Positions 8,556 through 17,412 of a stretch of DNA of 64,000 nucleotides are shown here, one piece after another. This DNA comes from an uncultured Dehalococcoidia bacterium. Lineage in GTDB: Bacteria > Chloroflexota > Dehalococcoidia > Lucifugimonadales > CATQGZ01. The notes under the pieces were generated by a model that saw only the letters and a list, made by a program, of their open reading frames with translations, searched no databases and was not told the origin of the DNA. Within the stretch, counting starts at the first letter, position 1; every line of letters begins with the position of its first letter. The stretch covers positions 633,207 to 697,206 of the forward strand of contig OY282365.1 of the NCBI GenBank assembly GCA_958295685.2. The letters are read 5' to 3'. The position numbers and the translations under genes were made by a program.

Positions 8556-10193
8556 TCACTGGCGGCGGAAGACGACGCGCCGCGCCGGCTCGCGCCCCGC
8601 GCTGGACGATGAGAGCGAGTGACTCTGGGCGATCTGGTGCTGGAGCCTTCGGATGAAGGCTCCCTGGGGGCTGAGGTCGACGCGAGGTTCGCCGCGGCCG
8701 ATGCGTCCGGCGGCTTCCTGCGCCTCGCCTATGGCCGAGGCGACGCTCTGCGGGTCTCGCGTTCCGCCCTGTTTCCGCACGATGGCCCTTACGAACTCCT
8801 CGATCTGTGGGAGGGTGGTCTTGCGGAGGACGTAGACGGGCTTGCCGCTGTCTTCGGCGGTCTTCAGCGCGGTGGTGCGCCGCCGGTAGTAGTTCTTGGT
8901 GGTCAGCACCATGTCGGCGCTGCCCATGTCGCCGACGACCTCGACGGGGGCATGGGCCGCTCGGACGGCCTGATTCAGCTTGCCTTTGTTGATGCCGTAG
9001 GGGAGTATGCTCGTCACCCTGGCGGGCGGGGCGTGTTCGTCGGGGAGGGGCGGTTCGGCTGAGGTGAAGGAGAGGCCGCCGCCGGGTCGGGAGGGTGTCT
9101 GCGGCTCGGCGCGGACGACCGCGCCGTCCCCACCGATCGAGCGCGTCTCGGGCGCCACGGGGTCGCCTCTCAGCATCCTGTCCACCACCTCAGCGACGTT
9201 GGAGTGGATGGCGACCTCGTCCCATCCCCGTATTTCGACGAGCACGTCGAAGGTCGGCGGGGACCTGCGTTCGAGGATGGTCTTCTGGGTGCGTCTGCGG
9301 CGCGCCTCTATGTCTCCCAGGGTAACCGACTCTATGCCGCCCACGAGGTCGGACAGGACCGGGTTCATGACCAGATTTTCGAGGGTGTTGCCGTGCGCGG
9401 TGGCGATCAGCTGCACGCCGCGCTCGGCTATGGTTCGCGCCGCGTCGGCCTCCCGCTCCGTGCCGATCTCGTCGATGACTATGACCTCCGGCATGTGGTT
9501 TTCCACGGCCTCTATCATAACGGAGTGCTGGAGTAGCGGGCTGGGCACCTGCATTCTTCTGGCGTGCCCGATTCCCGGGTGTGGGATGTCGCCGTCTCCG
9601 GCGATCTCGTTCGACGTGTCGACGACGATGACTCGCTTGTCGGCATCGTCCGCGAGGACCCTGGCCACCTCTCTGAGCATCGTCGTCTTTCCGACGCCTG
9701 GTTTCCCGACCAGCAGGAGGCTCTTTCCGGCGTATATGAGGTCTTCGACGATCCTGATCGTGCCGTAGACCGCCCTTCCGACTCTGAGGGTCAGGCCGAC
9801 GACCTTGGCGGCTCTGTTTCGTATCGCGGATATGCGGTGCAGCGTCCGCTCGATGCCGGCCCTGTTGTCCTCGCCGAAGGCGCCTACCCTGTCGGTGACG
9901 TAGGCGATGTCCTCCTCGGTGACCTCGAACTCGCCCAGCGGCGCGCTGGCGTCCAGGTATCGGGCCTCGGGCTGCCGGCCGAGGTCGAGGACCACCTCCA
10001 GCAGCTTCTCATCGTTGTTCATCTCATCGAGAAGCGCCCTGATTCGCGGGGGCACCTTGTCGATGAGGGCCTTCATGTCCGTCTCTATCCGATTTTGCGG
10101 GTCAGGCAATGGGTCCTCCGGGGCGTGATGGGTGTCTGGGAGCGGCCGGTCGGAGTCCGGCGGGCTCCCGCCCGTCGGCTCAGCGCGGGTCAT
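8556..10193 (-). CDS. Ycf45/SpoIIIAA-like AAA ATPase with C-terminal R3H domain
   Basis: EVVLDLGRQPEARY, GKPGVGKTT, VDTSNEIAGDGDIPH, IDEIG, RRLQH (R3H). Confidence 0.9.
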   Translation of the reverse strand: MTRAEPTGGSPPDSDRPLPDTHHAPEDPLPDPQNRIETDMKALIDKVPPRIRALLDEMNNDEKLLEVVLDLGRQPEARYLDASAPLGEFEVTEEDIAYVTDRVGAFGEDNRAGIERTLHRISAIRNRAAKVVGLTLRVGRAVYGTIRIVEDLIYAGKSLLLVGKPGVGKTTMLREVARVLADDADKRVIVVDTSNEIAGDGDIPHPGIGHARRMQVPSPLLQHSVMIEAVENHMPEVIVIDEIGTEREADAARTIAERGVQLIATAHGNTLENLVMNPVLSDLVGGIESVTLGDIEARRRRTQKTILERRSPPTFDVLVEIRGWDEVAIHSNVAEVVDRMLRGDPVAPETRSIGGDGAVVRAEPQTPSRPGGGLSFTSAEPPLPDEHAPPARVTSILPYGINKGKLNQAVRAAHAPVEVVGDMGSADMVLTTKNYYRRRTTALKTAEDSGKPVYVLRKTTLPQIEEFVRAIVRKQGGTRDPQSVASAIGEAQEAAGRIGRGEPRVDLSPQGAFIRRLQHQIAQSHSLSSSSAGREPARRVVFRRQ

Positions 10194-10260
10194 CGCGGGC
10201 GCGGCCTCTTCGGGCAGTTGGGGCCCTGCGCCGCGGGGTCTCGTCGGGTCCGCCGCTGGC

Positions 10261-10863
10261 CTAATCGACTTTCACACTCCGTTGGGCCGCGTCTTCCACG
10301 ACGTCGACGAACAGCCGATGGACGCGGGGGTCGTCGGTGAGCTCGGGGTGGAAGGCCGTGGCGAGCAGGCGGCCCTGTCGGACGGCGACTGGGCGGCCGT
10401 CTGCGAGGGAGGCGAGCACGCTGACCCCGGGGCCGATTTCTTCGACGACGGGGGCCCTGATGAATACGGCGCGGTACGGGAGGCCGGCCAGGCCGGCTAT
10501 CTCTACGTCGGTCTCGAAGCTGTCCACCTGACGGCCGAAGGCGTTCCGCGTAACCACGATGTCCATGAGTCCGAGGGGTTCGGGTCTGTGGTCGGTGAGG
10601 CGCGAGGCGAGGACGATCATTCCCGCGCAGGTGCCCCAGATCGGCATACCCTCCGCAGCTTTGTCCTTCAGGGCTGGGCGGAAGCCGTATATGTCGATGA
10701 GCTGCGCGATGGTGGTGCTCTCGCCGCCCGGGATGATCAGTCCGTCCACGTCGTCTAGCTGGCGGGGCAGCCGCACCTCCGGGGCGTCGACTCCCATTCC
10801 GCTCAGGACCGTCCGATGCTCTAGGAAATCTCCCTGGATCGCCAGTATGCCGACCCTGGGCAA
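10261..10863 (-). CDS. pdxT: Pyridoxal 5'-phosphate synthase glutaminase subunit
   Basis: GILAIQGDF, IPGGESTT, GTCAG, RNAFGRQVDSFE, FHPELT. Confidence 0.96.
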   Translation of the reverse strand: MPRVGILAIQGDFLEHRTVLSGMGVDAPEVRLPRQLDDVDGLIIPGGESTTIAQLIDIYGFRPALKDKAAEGMPIWGTCAGMIVLASRLTDHRPEPLGLMDIVVTRNAFGRQVDSFETDVEIAGLAGLPYRAVFIRAPVVEEIGPGVSVLASLADGRPVAVRQGRLLATAFHPELTDDPRVHRLFVDVVEDAAQRSVKVD

Positions 10864-10864
10864 G

Positions 10865-11764
10865 CTACCACCCCCGTACGGACAGCTGCTCCTCGATCGG
10901 CATGGTCTTCACGTCGAGGCCGGGCATGGCGTCGCCCAGCCCCCTGGAAACGTCGGCGATGATCTGGGGGTCTCTGAAGTGAGTGGTGGCCTTCACCACC
11001 GCCTGCGCCATGAGGCCGGGGTTCTGGGACTTGAAGATTCCCGAGCCGACGAAGACGCCGTCCACGCCGAGCTGCATCATGAGGGCGGCGTCTGCCGGGG
11101 TGGCTATTCCGCCCGCGGCGAAGTTCACGACGGGCGCCTTGCCGGTCTCGTGGACCTCCTTGACCAGCTCGTAGGGCGCCTTGAGGTCTCGGGCGGTGGA
11201 CATGAGCTCGTCCTCGCCCATCCCCTGGATACGGCGAATCTCGCTCATGACCTGCCTGGCGTGCCGGACGGCCTCGACGATGTTGCCGGTTCCGGCCTCG
11301 CCCTTGGTGCGGATCATCGCGGCGCCCTCGCCGATGCGGCGCAGGGCCTCTCCGAGGTCACGGCATCCGCAGACGAACGGGACCTTGAAGTCGTTCTTGT
11401 TGACGTGGTTGTTCTCGTCCGCCGGGGTGAGCACCTCGGATTCGTCCACGTAGTCGACGCCGAGGGCCTCCAGGACCTGGGCCTCGACGAAGTGGCCGAT
11501 GCGGCACTTGGCCATGACGGGGATGGTGACCGCGTCGATGATCTCCATGATCTTGGTGGGGTCGGCCATCCTGGCGACGCCGCCTGCGGCGCGGATGTCG
11601 GAGGGGACGCGCTCCAGCGCCATCACGGCGACGGCTCCGGCGTCCTCGGCGATTCGGGCCTGCTCGGCGGTGACCACGTCCATGATGACGCCGCCCTTGA
11701 GCATCTGGGCCAGCCCAGCCTTGACCCGCCACGTCCCGCTCTCAACTCTGGTGTCTACTGTCAT
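10865..11764 (-). CDS. pdxS: Pyridoxal 5'-phosphate synthase lyase subunit
   Basis: [48 protein letters not shown]; start ATG 11764 after GGAGG RBS, own TATAAT at 11808-11813. Confidence 0.97.
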   Translation of the reverse strand: MTVDTRVESGTWRVKAGLAQMLKGGVIMDVVTAEQARIAEDAGAVAVMALERVPSDIRAAGGVARMADPTKIMEIIDAVTIPVMAKCRIGHFVEAQVLEALGVDYVDESEVLTPADENNHVNKNDFKVPFVCGCRDLGEALRRIGEGAAMIRTKGEAGTGNIVEAVRHARQVMSEIRRIQGMGEDELMSTARDLKAPYELVKEVHETGKAPVVNFAAGGIATPADAALMMQLGVDGVFVGSGIFKSQNPGLMAQAVVKATTHFRDPQIIADVSRGLGDAMPGLDVKTMPIEEQLSVRGW

Positions 11765-11862
11765 ATCAGCCCCTCCGTCTCCCGGAATCGGGTAAGCCTG
11801 TGGCTGCATTATACCTGCGCGGGGCAGCCGCCCGCAAACGCCGGTCATGCGGCGAACCTGCG

Positions 11863-12143
11863 AGAAATTTTTGCGAAAGTGTCGCATTTGCGGCGTTTCG
11901 CAGCCATTTCGTAGCTGAGAGGGGCGATTTTGCCTGACACTATGTGACACTATGTGACACTATGTGACACTTATGTGACACTTTTCTGACACTTATGTGA
12001 CACTTATGTGACACTTATGTGACACTTATGTGACACTTTCTGACACTTATGTGACAGGCGCTTCAGGAGTCGCGCGGGCTGGTTTGTGGAGAGAGGCGGC
12101 TGTGTCATGGGGATACTCTAGCACAGCGGTTCGTGGCTGTCAA
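11863..12143 (-). repeat. LexA-box promoter / phased-repeat cassette copy 2 (class B, TGTCAC) with 12-unit tandem array
   Basis: TTGACA(12138-12143)-17-TAGAGT, GAAC-CGCT-GTGC, ATG 12108; plus-strand TGACA at 11935,11945,11955,11965,11976,11987,11998,12009,12020,12031,12041,12052; core 11910-11919. Confidence 0.88.
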
Positions 12144-12242
12144 TTGTCTGAATCAGGATTCTCAGGATTTGAGGATTTTCAGGATTGGGGACCAAATCCC
12201 CGCCCACCCAATTCGGGTGGGCGGCGTGATGGACGTCAGGCT

Positions 12243-12476
12243 GTAACAGTTCAGAGTTGGTGAGGTCTTTCGATCAGCGCAGTCCCGATAAGCGGACGGC
12301 TTTGTCTCCCACCCACCCGCCCATTTGAAACTGGGGGCAAAGCCCCCAGACCCCCTGCCAGAGGGGTGAACCGGTCTCCCGCCAGCTCCGTCAGTGTGTC
12401 TATGGCCAGACCCCCTGCCAGAGGGGTTCACCCCTCTGGACTCCCCCTTCGGGTCTCACAGAGTCTGAACAGTTAC
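12243..12476. mobile_element. MITE with IS66-like ends (GTAAC.GTTCAG) and perfect 8-bp target duplication
   Basis: Left GTAACAGTTCAGAGTTGGTGAGG, right CTCACAGAGTCTGAACAGTTAC; GTCAGGCT at 12235-12242 and 12477-12484; no transposase ORF. Confidence 0.85.
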
Positions 12477-12542
12477 GTCAGGCTGGGCCGGATTGGTTGT
12501 CTGAGTCAGGACTGGAGGATTGGCAGGATTGGGAGCGGAGTC

Positions 12543-13766
12543 TCATGCGGCGCGGACGACACGGCGGGCTTCTCGGCGCAGCGCGGTGACTCTGTCAGCC
12601 AGGAGCTTGACGCGAGCGAGTGTGTCGTCCAGCGCGCCGGAGAGGTCGAGCGCGGCGACCTCCAGCCGCTTGCGGGAGTGCATGACTTCGTGGACCACCG
12701 GCTCGGCCTCGCCCTGGGCGTAGATGAGCAGTCCGCCGGGCAGATCGAGGGCGGTGGCGTATGCGAGCATCTGGTATAGGTCGGCGTTGGGGACGTGGTC
12801 GTTGCGGACCCGTTTGTACTTGGCGTCGCCGACGAACGTGCAGTCGGGGCCGTCCCACCAGGAGAGGTCGGGCTTGAGCCGAATGTTCCCAGCCTCGTCT
12901 AGGGCAACGCGGCGGCGCATACCCTCGTCGGAGCGCAGCACGCGGTCGGAGACGTTCAGCGCCTCCCGCAGCGCCGCCGTGACGAACTCCTGGAAGACTT
13001 CGTTCATGTCCATCAGGAATCCTGCGGCGCGCGCCTCCCCGCGGTCGGCCTCTAAAGCCGAGCGCCTCAGGATGAGCCGCGACAGGGCGACCACGTCTCG
13101 GTAGTGCAGGTTCAGCCTGTCGAATCCGATTTCCGGCACCGCGTTCGGGGGGAATTCGACCGGCGATACGTTGTCGAGCGTGGCAGCGATCCACCCCAGT
13201 CCGCTGCGCGCGGCCCGCGAGCGGAGCCGCATCCGGCCGAGGCGCGCGGCGGCCGCCTTCACCAGGCGGTTTGCCAGGACGTCGTCGGTGAACTCGTCGT
13301 ACCGCACCTCGACCGGCAGGGGCACGCCGAGCCTGCGGCGTATCTGTTCGTCGAACCTGATGCGCCCGCGCACGGTGTGCAGGGCCTCCTCCTCCGTGCG
13401 GTAGCCGTGGAGGAGGCCGTGAGCGAACGCCCGCCGCGCGTGGGATGCGAGGGCGAGGGCGAGCACGTCTGGCAGGGCGTCCGCGTCGGGGAAGTCGAAG
13501 TCTTGCCGCCGTAGTTTGACTCTGCCGATGGCGTAGCACGCCAGCGACAGCAGCTGCGGGATGCCGATCTTCGGCTGTATGAGCACCGACAGACCGCCAA
13601 CCTCGACCGCGCCCACGGTCGAGCCGGGCTTCAGGTGGTATACGCCGTCTTCACCGGGGTGAGGCTCGACGGTGAGCGACGGGATCTCCCCCAGCGCGCC
13701 GCGCTCGGCGACCGAAAGCGGAAGCGGGCCGCTCCTGGCGTATTCCCGCAGGTCAATCCGACGCAT
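12543..13766 (-). CDS. mcrC: McrC family restriction endonuclease subunit
   Basis: VLIQPKI, GLLHGYR..EE..TVRGRI, FLMDMNEVFQEFV, LKPD...VGDAKYK, ADLYQMLAY (PD-(D/E)xK); overlaps mcrB. Confidence 0.92.
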   Translation of the reverse strand: MRRIDLREYARSGPLPLSVAERGALGEIPSLTVEPHPGEDGVYHLKPGSTVGAVEVGGLSVLIQPKIGIPQLLSLACYAIGRVKLRRQDFDFPDADALPDVLALALASHARRAFAHGLLHGYRTEEEALHTVRGRIRFDEQIRRRLGVPLPVEVRYDEFTDDVLANRLVKAAAARLGRMRLRSRAARSGLGWIAATLDNVSPVEFPPNAVPEIGFDRLNLHYRDVVALSRLILRRSALEADRGEARAAGFLMDMNEVFQEFVTAALREALNVSDRVLRSDEGMRRRVALDEAGNIRLKPDLSWWDGPDCTFVGDAKYKRVRNDHVPNADLYQMLAYATALDLPGGLLIYAQGEAEPVVHEVMHSRKRLEVAALDLSGALDDTLARVKLLADRVTALRREARRVVRAA

Positions 13767-16086
13767 CGCCTGGGGCGCCCTCGTTCATCAGCCTTTGGAG
13801 GTCGAACTCCCCGATCCGGTCGCCTTCCCCGAAGAGGCGCTCCTCGACGTACGGCCTCACGCTGTGCTTCCAGATGCGCTCGACGGCAGCGTCGTCGAGG
13901 TTTTCCTTCATGAAGTAGCTCGGCCCGATGGCGGCGCTGCGGTCGTCGAGCTTCTCGTTCGCGCGGTCGACGATATCGGCGACCCACAGCATGTCCGGGG
14001 CGTTCTCTTCCAGCCAGCGCCGGAGCAGGCCCTTTATCGGCGGCTGGTCCGGGCGGAACTCCACGAAGTGGAACCGGCGGCGCAGCGCCAGATCCACCAG
14101 CGCGATGGAGCGGTCGGCGGTGTTCATCGTGCCGATGAAGTAGAGGTTCTCGGGCAGCGAGAACGATTCGTCGTCGGAGTACTGGAGGCGCATCTCCTCG
14201 CCGCGGTACTCCAGCAGGAAGTAGAGCTCGCCGAAGACCTTGGAGAGGTTTCCCCTGTTGATCTCGTCTATCACGAGGAAGTGGGGCGCGTCCGGCTCAT
14301 TCCGCGCCATCTCGGCCATTTCGATCAGCGGCCCTCTCATGAGTTGGAAGCCGGGCTGCCTGCCGATGAGCTTGGGGCGGTAGCCCTGCACGAAGTCCTC
14401 GTAGGCATACGACGGGTGGAACTGGACGACCCGCACGCGGTCTTCCTGCCCGGCGAGGCATACGGCCAGCTTCCGCGCGGTGTAGGTCTTGCCGGTGCCG
14501 GGCGGCCCCTGGAAGATGACCTGCCGCTTGTCCTGGAGCAGCGTATGGATCTCCTCTAGGAAGGTGACGGGAACGCGCAGTTCGTCGGCGAGCGCCTGGA
14601 GAGAGGCGAGCGCGTGGAGGGGCTGAGGCGTGCCATTCCGCGGCGTGCCGTTCCGCGGCGTCCCCCACACCACGGACTGCGCGTCGAGACGGTGGCGCAG
14701 GGTCAGTCCGCGCTTTTTCGCTTCTTCCGTGAACCTGTCGAGGAAGCCGAGAGCATGATCATAGAGCGCCGCCGCGTCCGCGTTCTGTTCGGGTTTGTCG
14801 TATCCCGTGCGCTCGTACGCGCTGTCGAACACTCTGATTCTGAAGGGCGGGTACTGCTCGGGGCCCAGCGCCATGAGTAAGACGGATATGACGTTCGCGC
14901 GGCTGCCTGCCGCGCCTCTGAGCGCCGAATCGGGCAGTATGTTCGTGAAGGCGCGGATGCGCTCGGCGTCCGGCAGGTCGTCTTCCGTCCACAGGGCCTG
15001 CAACGCGCGCAACGCTTCTTCCGAACGATCGACGCACCACTTGTTGAGGTCACTCATGAGCATCCAGGCAATGGGGTGGCCAGCCCTGGCTCTGAGAGCA
15101 CGCTTCAACAGGTCGTGCCAGTTGGCTGCGCCTGTGAGAACAGCATCACGCGCGGCCGCGAGGTCCTCGCCCATCTCGCTCTTGTAACCGATCTCCTCGG
15201 TCTCCAGCCTGCCGGAGTCTACGTAGACCTTGGCATGACTGACGAACTCATCCCAGGGGTCGGGCTTGTGTGCATCGTCCCACTGACCGCGGATGTAGTC
15301 ATCATTGTAGAATTCAGTGCTTCTCCCAAGCTCCTTATCGAGGCCCTGACGGATCTGCCTCAGTTTGCGGTCGTCATCCTCCGTCGGCTCCGTAACGTGT
15401 CTCTCGAAAGCGCTGACAATCCTGTCCCTATGGCTTTGAGAGAGTATCCTCTCGAAGGTGTCGGGGAAGACGAGATGGAGCAGTGCCCATCTCTGTGGGT
15501 GTAGAGGCGCTTTGGAGTCCCGCAGCAACTCACCTCGGAAGCTCAGACTCTCCGCGAAACCCTTGAACTCCCACGGATCGGCGAGCAGACGACGCTGCTC
15601 GTCCGCTCCCTGCTCCTTCCATTGCTCGACGAACTCAATGAGGAAGCCGATCTGATATGGACGATATCTGATGAAAGGCTGTCCCGTGCTGGCAATACCC
15701 GCGGCCAGGCCAGCGACGAGGTCATCAGGGATTGTTACGCGCTTACCCGACCATCCGAGAACCCTGTTGATATTGGCTTCTTTAGCGCCGCCTCTCATTC
15801 TCACGTGCGAGATAATCAGGAGATGGAAGTACAGGGCCTCGCCCATCAGCTGGTAGACTTCGGCAGGACTGTCTTTCAGAGCCCGCTCCAGCTTGTCTTC
15901 GAATGCACCCTCTGCCATGTCGGGGTTGTCCAGGAACCGCTCCCGCAGCTCCCCAAGCCACCGGCTCGACCAGATCGGCTCGCCCGGCGTGAAGAGCGAG
16001 TCGTCGTGCCGCAGCGCGCGTTCGACCCATATGCCGGCTGCCGCGTAGACCCTCTCCCTACCGACTCCCGTCGCTCTGATGCCCAT
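13753..16086 (-). CDS. mcrB: McrB family AAA+ GTPase with long uncharacterised N-terminal region
   Basis: QGPPGTGKT, VQFHPSYAYEDFVQGYRP, IDEINRGN, GTMNTADRS, ALRRRF; start ATG 16086 or GTG 16101. Confidence 0.92.
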   Translation of the reverse strand: MGIRATGVGRERVYAAAGIWVERALRHDDSLFTPGEPIWSSRWLGELRERFLDNPDMAEGAFEDKLERALKDSPAEVYQLMGEALYFHLLIISHVRMRGGAKEANINRVLGWSGKRVTIPDDLVAGLAAGIASTGQPFIRYRPYQIGFLIEFVEQWKEQGADEQRRLLADPWEFKGFAESLSFRGELLRDSKAPLHPQRWALLHLVFPDTFERILSQSHRDRIVSAFERHVTEPTEDDDRKLRQIRQGLDKELGRSTEFYNDDYIRGQWDDAHKPDPWDEFVSHAKVYVDSGRLETEEIGYKSEMGEDLAAARDAVLTGAANWHDLLKRALRARAGHPIAWMLMSDLNKWCVDRSEEALRALQALWTEDDLPDAERIRAFTNILPDSALRGAAGSRANVISVLLMALGPEQYPPFRIRVFDSAYERTGYDKPEQNADAAALYDHALGFLDRFTEEAKKRGLTLRHRLDAQSVVWGTPRNGTPRNGTPQPLHALASLQALADELRVPVTFLEEIHTLLQDKRQVIFQGPPGTGKTYTARKLAVCLAGQEDRVRVVQFHPSYAYEDFVQGYRPKLIGRQPGFQLMRGPLIEMAEMARNEPDAPHFLVIDEINRGNLSKVFGELYFLLEYRGEEMRLQYSDDESFSLPENLYFIGTMNTADRSIALVDLALRRRFHFVEFRPDQPPIKGLLRRWLEENAPDMLWVADIVDRANEKLDDRSAAIGPSYFMKENLDDAAVERIWKHSVRPYVEERLFGEGDRIGEFDLQRLMNEGAPGDASD

Positions 16087-16323
16087 CGTCTTCCTTTCCA
16101 CTGCCCACTTGCTGCGTCCGGTCGTTCCGGCGCGACCGCAGTTCGCAGTCTACCACGCCGGCACACGGTCGGGCCTGTGGCTCCGACGCCTAATTCGGCC
16201 GAGCGGCGCGGGGTCTGTTGCTACGGATTTCTGGCTGATGGTAGACTGGGATTGGGGATTAGGTCAGCGGGCGGGCGCGGAATCGCCGCGCAGACCGTGC
16301 GCTCTCCCGAAGGAGGCATCAGA

Positions 16324-17292
16324 ATGGACCGCAGATTGCTGGCGATGGCTGCGTTGGTTGCCGTGTTTTCCATTTCGCTGGTTGCCTACGGCGCTCGGCA
16401 TATGGCGACGGGAAGCGAAGCCTCGGCTTCTCTGGCCGTGTCGTCGTCCGATGACGGCGGCGCATCGGGTCAGGCACAGATTCCCCCGCCCACGATGACG
16501 ATGCTCGCGGACGGCGTGTATCACTATTTCGGATTCTTTACCGGCAGCCTGGTTGTGATTTCCGATGACGGCGTGCTCGTCACCGACCCGTCCAATCCGA
16601 TGAGGGCGCAGTCTCTCAAGGATGAGATCGCGAAGGTCACGGACGCCCCGGTGACGACCATTGCGCTCACGCACGAGCACTTCGACCACGTGGGCGGAAC
16701 GGGGGTGTTCCCGGAAGCGACGGTCATATGTCATCGGAACTGCGTTGCCACCTTTGCGCTCAGCTCGCTGGGAGACGTTCCGACCGTAGACCGCACCTTC
16801 GACGACATGATGGAGGTGGAGGTGGGCGGCAAGGCCGTTCAGCTTCATTATCTGGGGCCCGGCGACGGCGCGGCGACTACCATCGTCTACATGCCACAGG
16901 AACAGATCGTGGTCACTTCGGACATGTACGAGCCCCGCGCGCTCACCCACAAGAACTGGGTGGACGACAAACACTACGTGGGCACGCGGCGCATCCTCAA
17001 CGAAATTAGCACGTGGCCGATAACCCATGCCATCAACGCCCACTCGCCGGGGACCGATCCGGTCGACCTCATGGAGAACGTTGGGTACTACAACGACCTG
17101 TACGACGCGGTGAAGGCGGAGGTGGACGCGGCAATCGCGGCGGCGGGCGGCGCTCCGTTCGGCGCGTACTCGCTGTTCGACACCCTGCCGCAGACGTTGG
17201 AGCTTCCACAGTACAGCGACTGGGCGAACTACGACACTTCGTTCCCGCGCCACGTGGAGAGGATGCTGCTGTCGATCTATCATGGGGACTAG
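16324..17292 (+). CDS. Secreted MBL-fold metallo-hydrolase (paralog 1)
   Basis: Signal-like N-terminus MDRRLLAMAALVAVFSISLVAYG, THEHFDHVGG (HxHxDH), SD, NAH; GAAGGAGG RBS. Confidence 0.85.
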   Translation: MDRRLLAMAALVAVFSISLVAYGARHMATGSEASASLAVSSSDDGGASGQAQIPPPTMTMLADGVYHYFGFFTGSLVVISDDGVLVTDPSNPMRAQSLKDEIAKVTDAPVTTIALTHEHFDHVGGTGVFPEATVICHRNCVATFALSSLGDVPTVDRTFDDMMEVEVGGKAVQLHYLGPGDGAATTIVYMPQEQIVVTSDMYEPRALTHKNWVDDKHYVGTRRILNEISTWPITHAINAHSPGTDPVDLMENVGYYNDLYDAVKAEVDAAIAAAGGAPFGAYSLFDTLPQTLELPQYSDWANYDTSFPRHVERMLLSIYHGD

Positions 17293-17412
17293 GCGCCCAT
17301 AGCGCTAGTTGGAAGTCACGAGGATGAATTGAGCGATGGAAGCGGCGCTCGTCAGTCGGTTAGCATCCCTCACCCGCGTTCGTTTCCACTGTCACAACCA
17401 GGAGTCGACACT

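Noticed and set aside
11765-11950. 62-aa N-terminal extension of PdxS in the ORF track
   Set aside because: It reads through the repeat cassette and pdxS's own promoter; the true start is ATG 11764 with an RBS.
11935-12056. CRISPR array (also 49844-49944)
   Set aside because: Units are 10-11 bp with no unique spacers, and there are no cas genes.
15622-16323. Extended 556-aa version of MBL paralog 1
   Set aside because: The extension overlaps mcrB antisense; RBS and signal peptide support ATG 16324.
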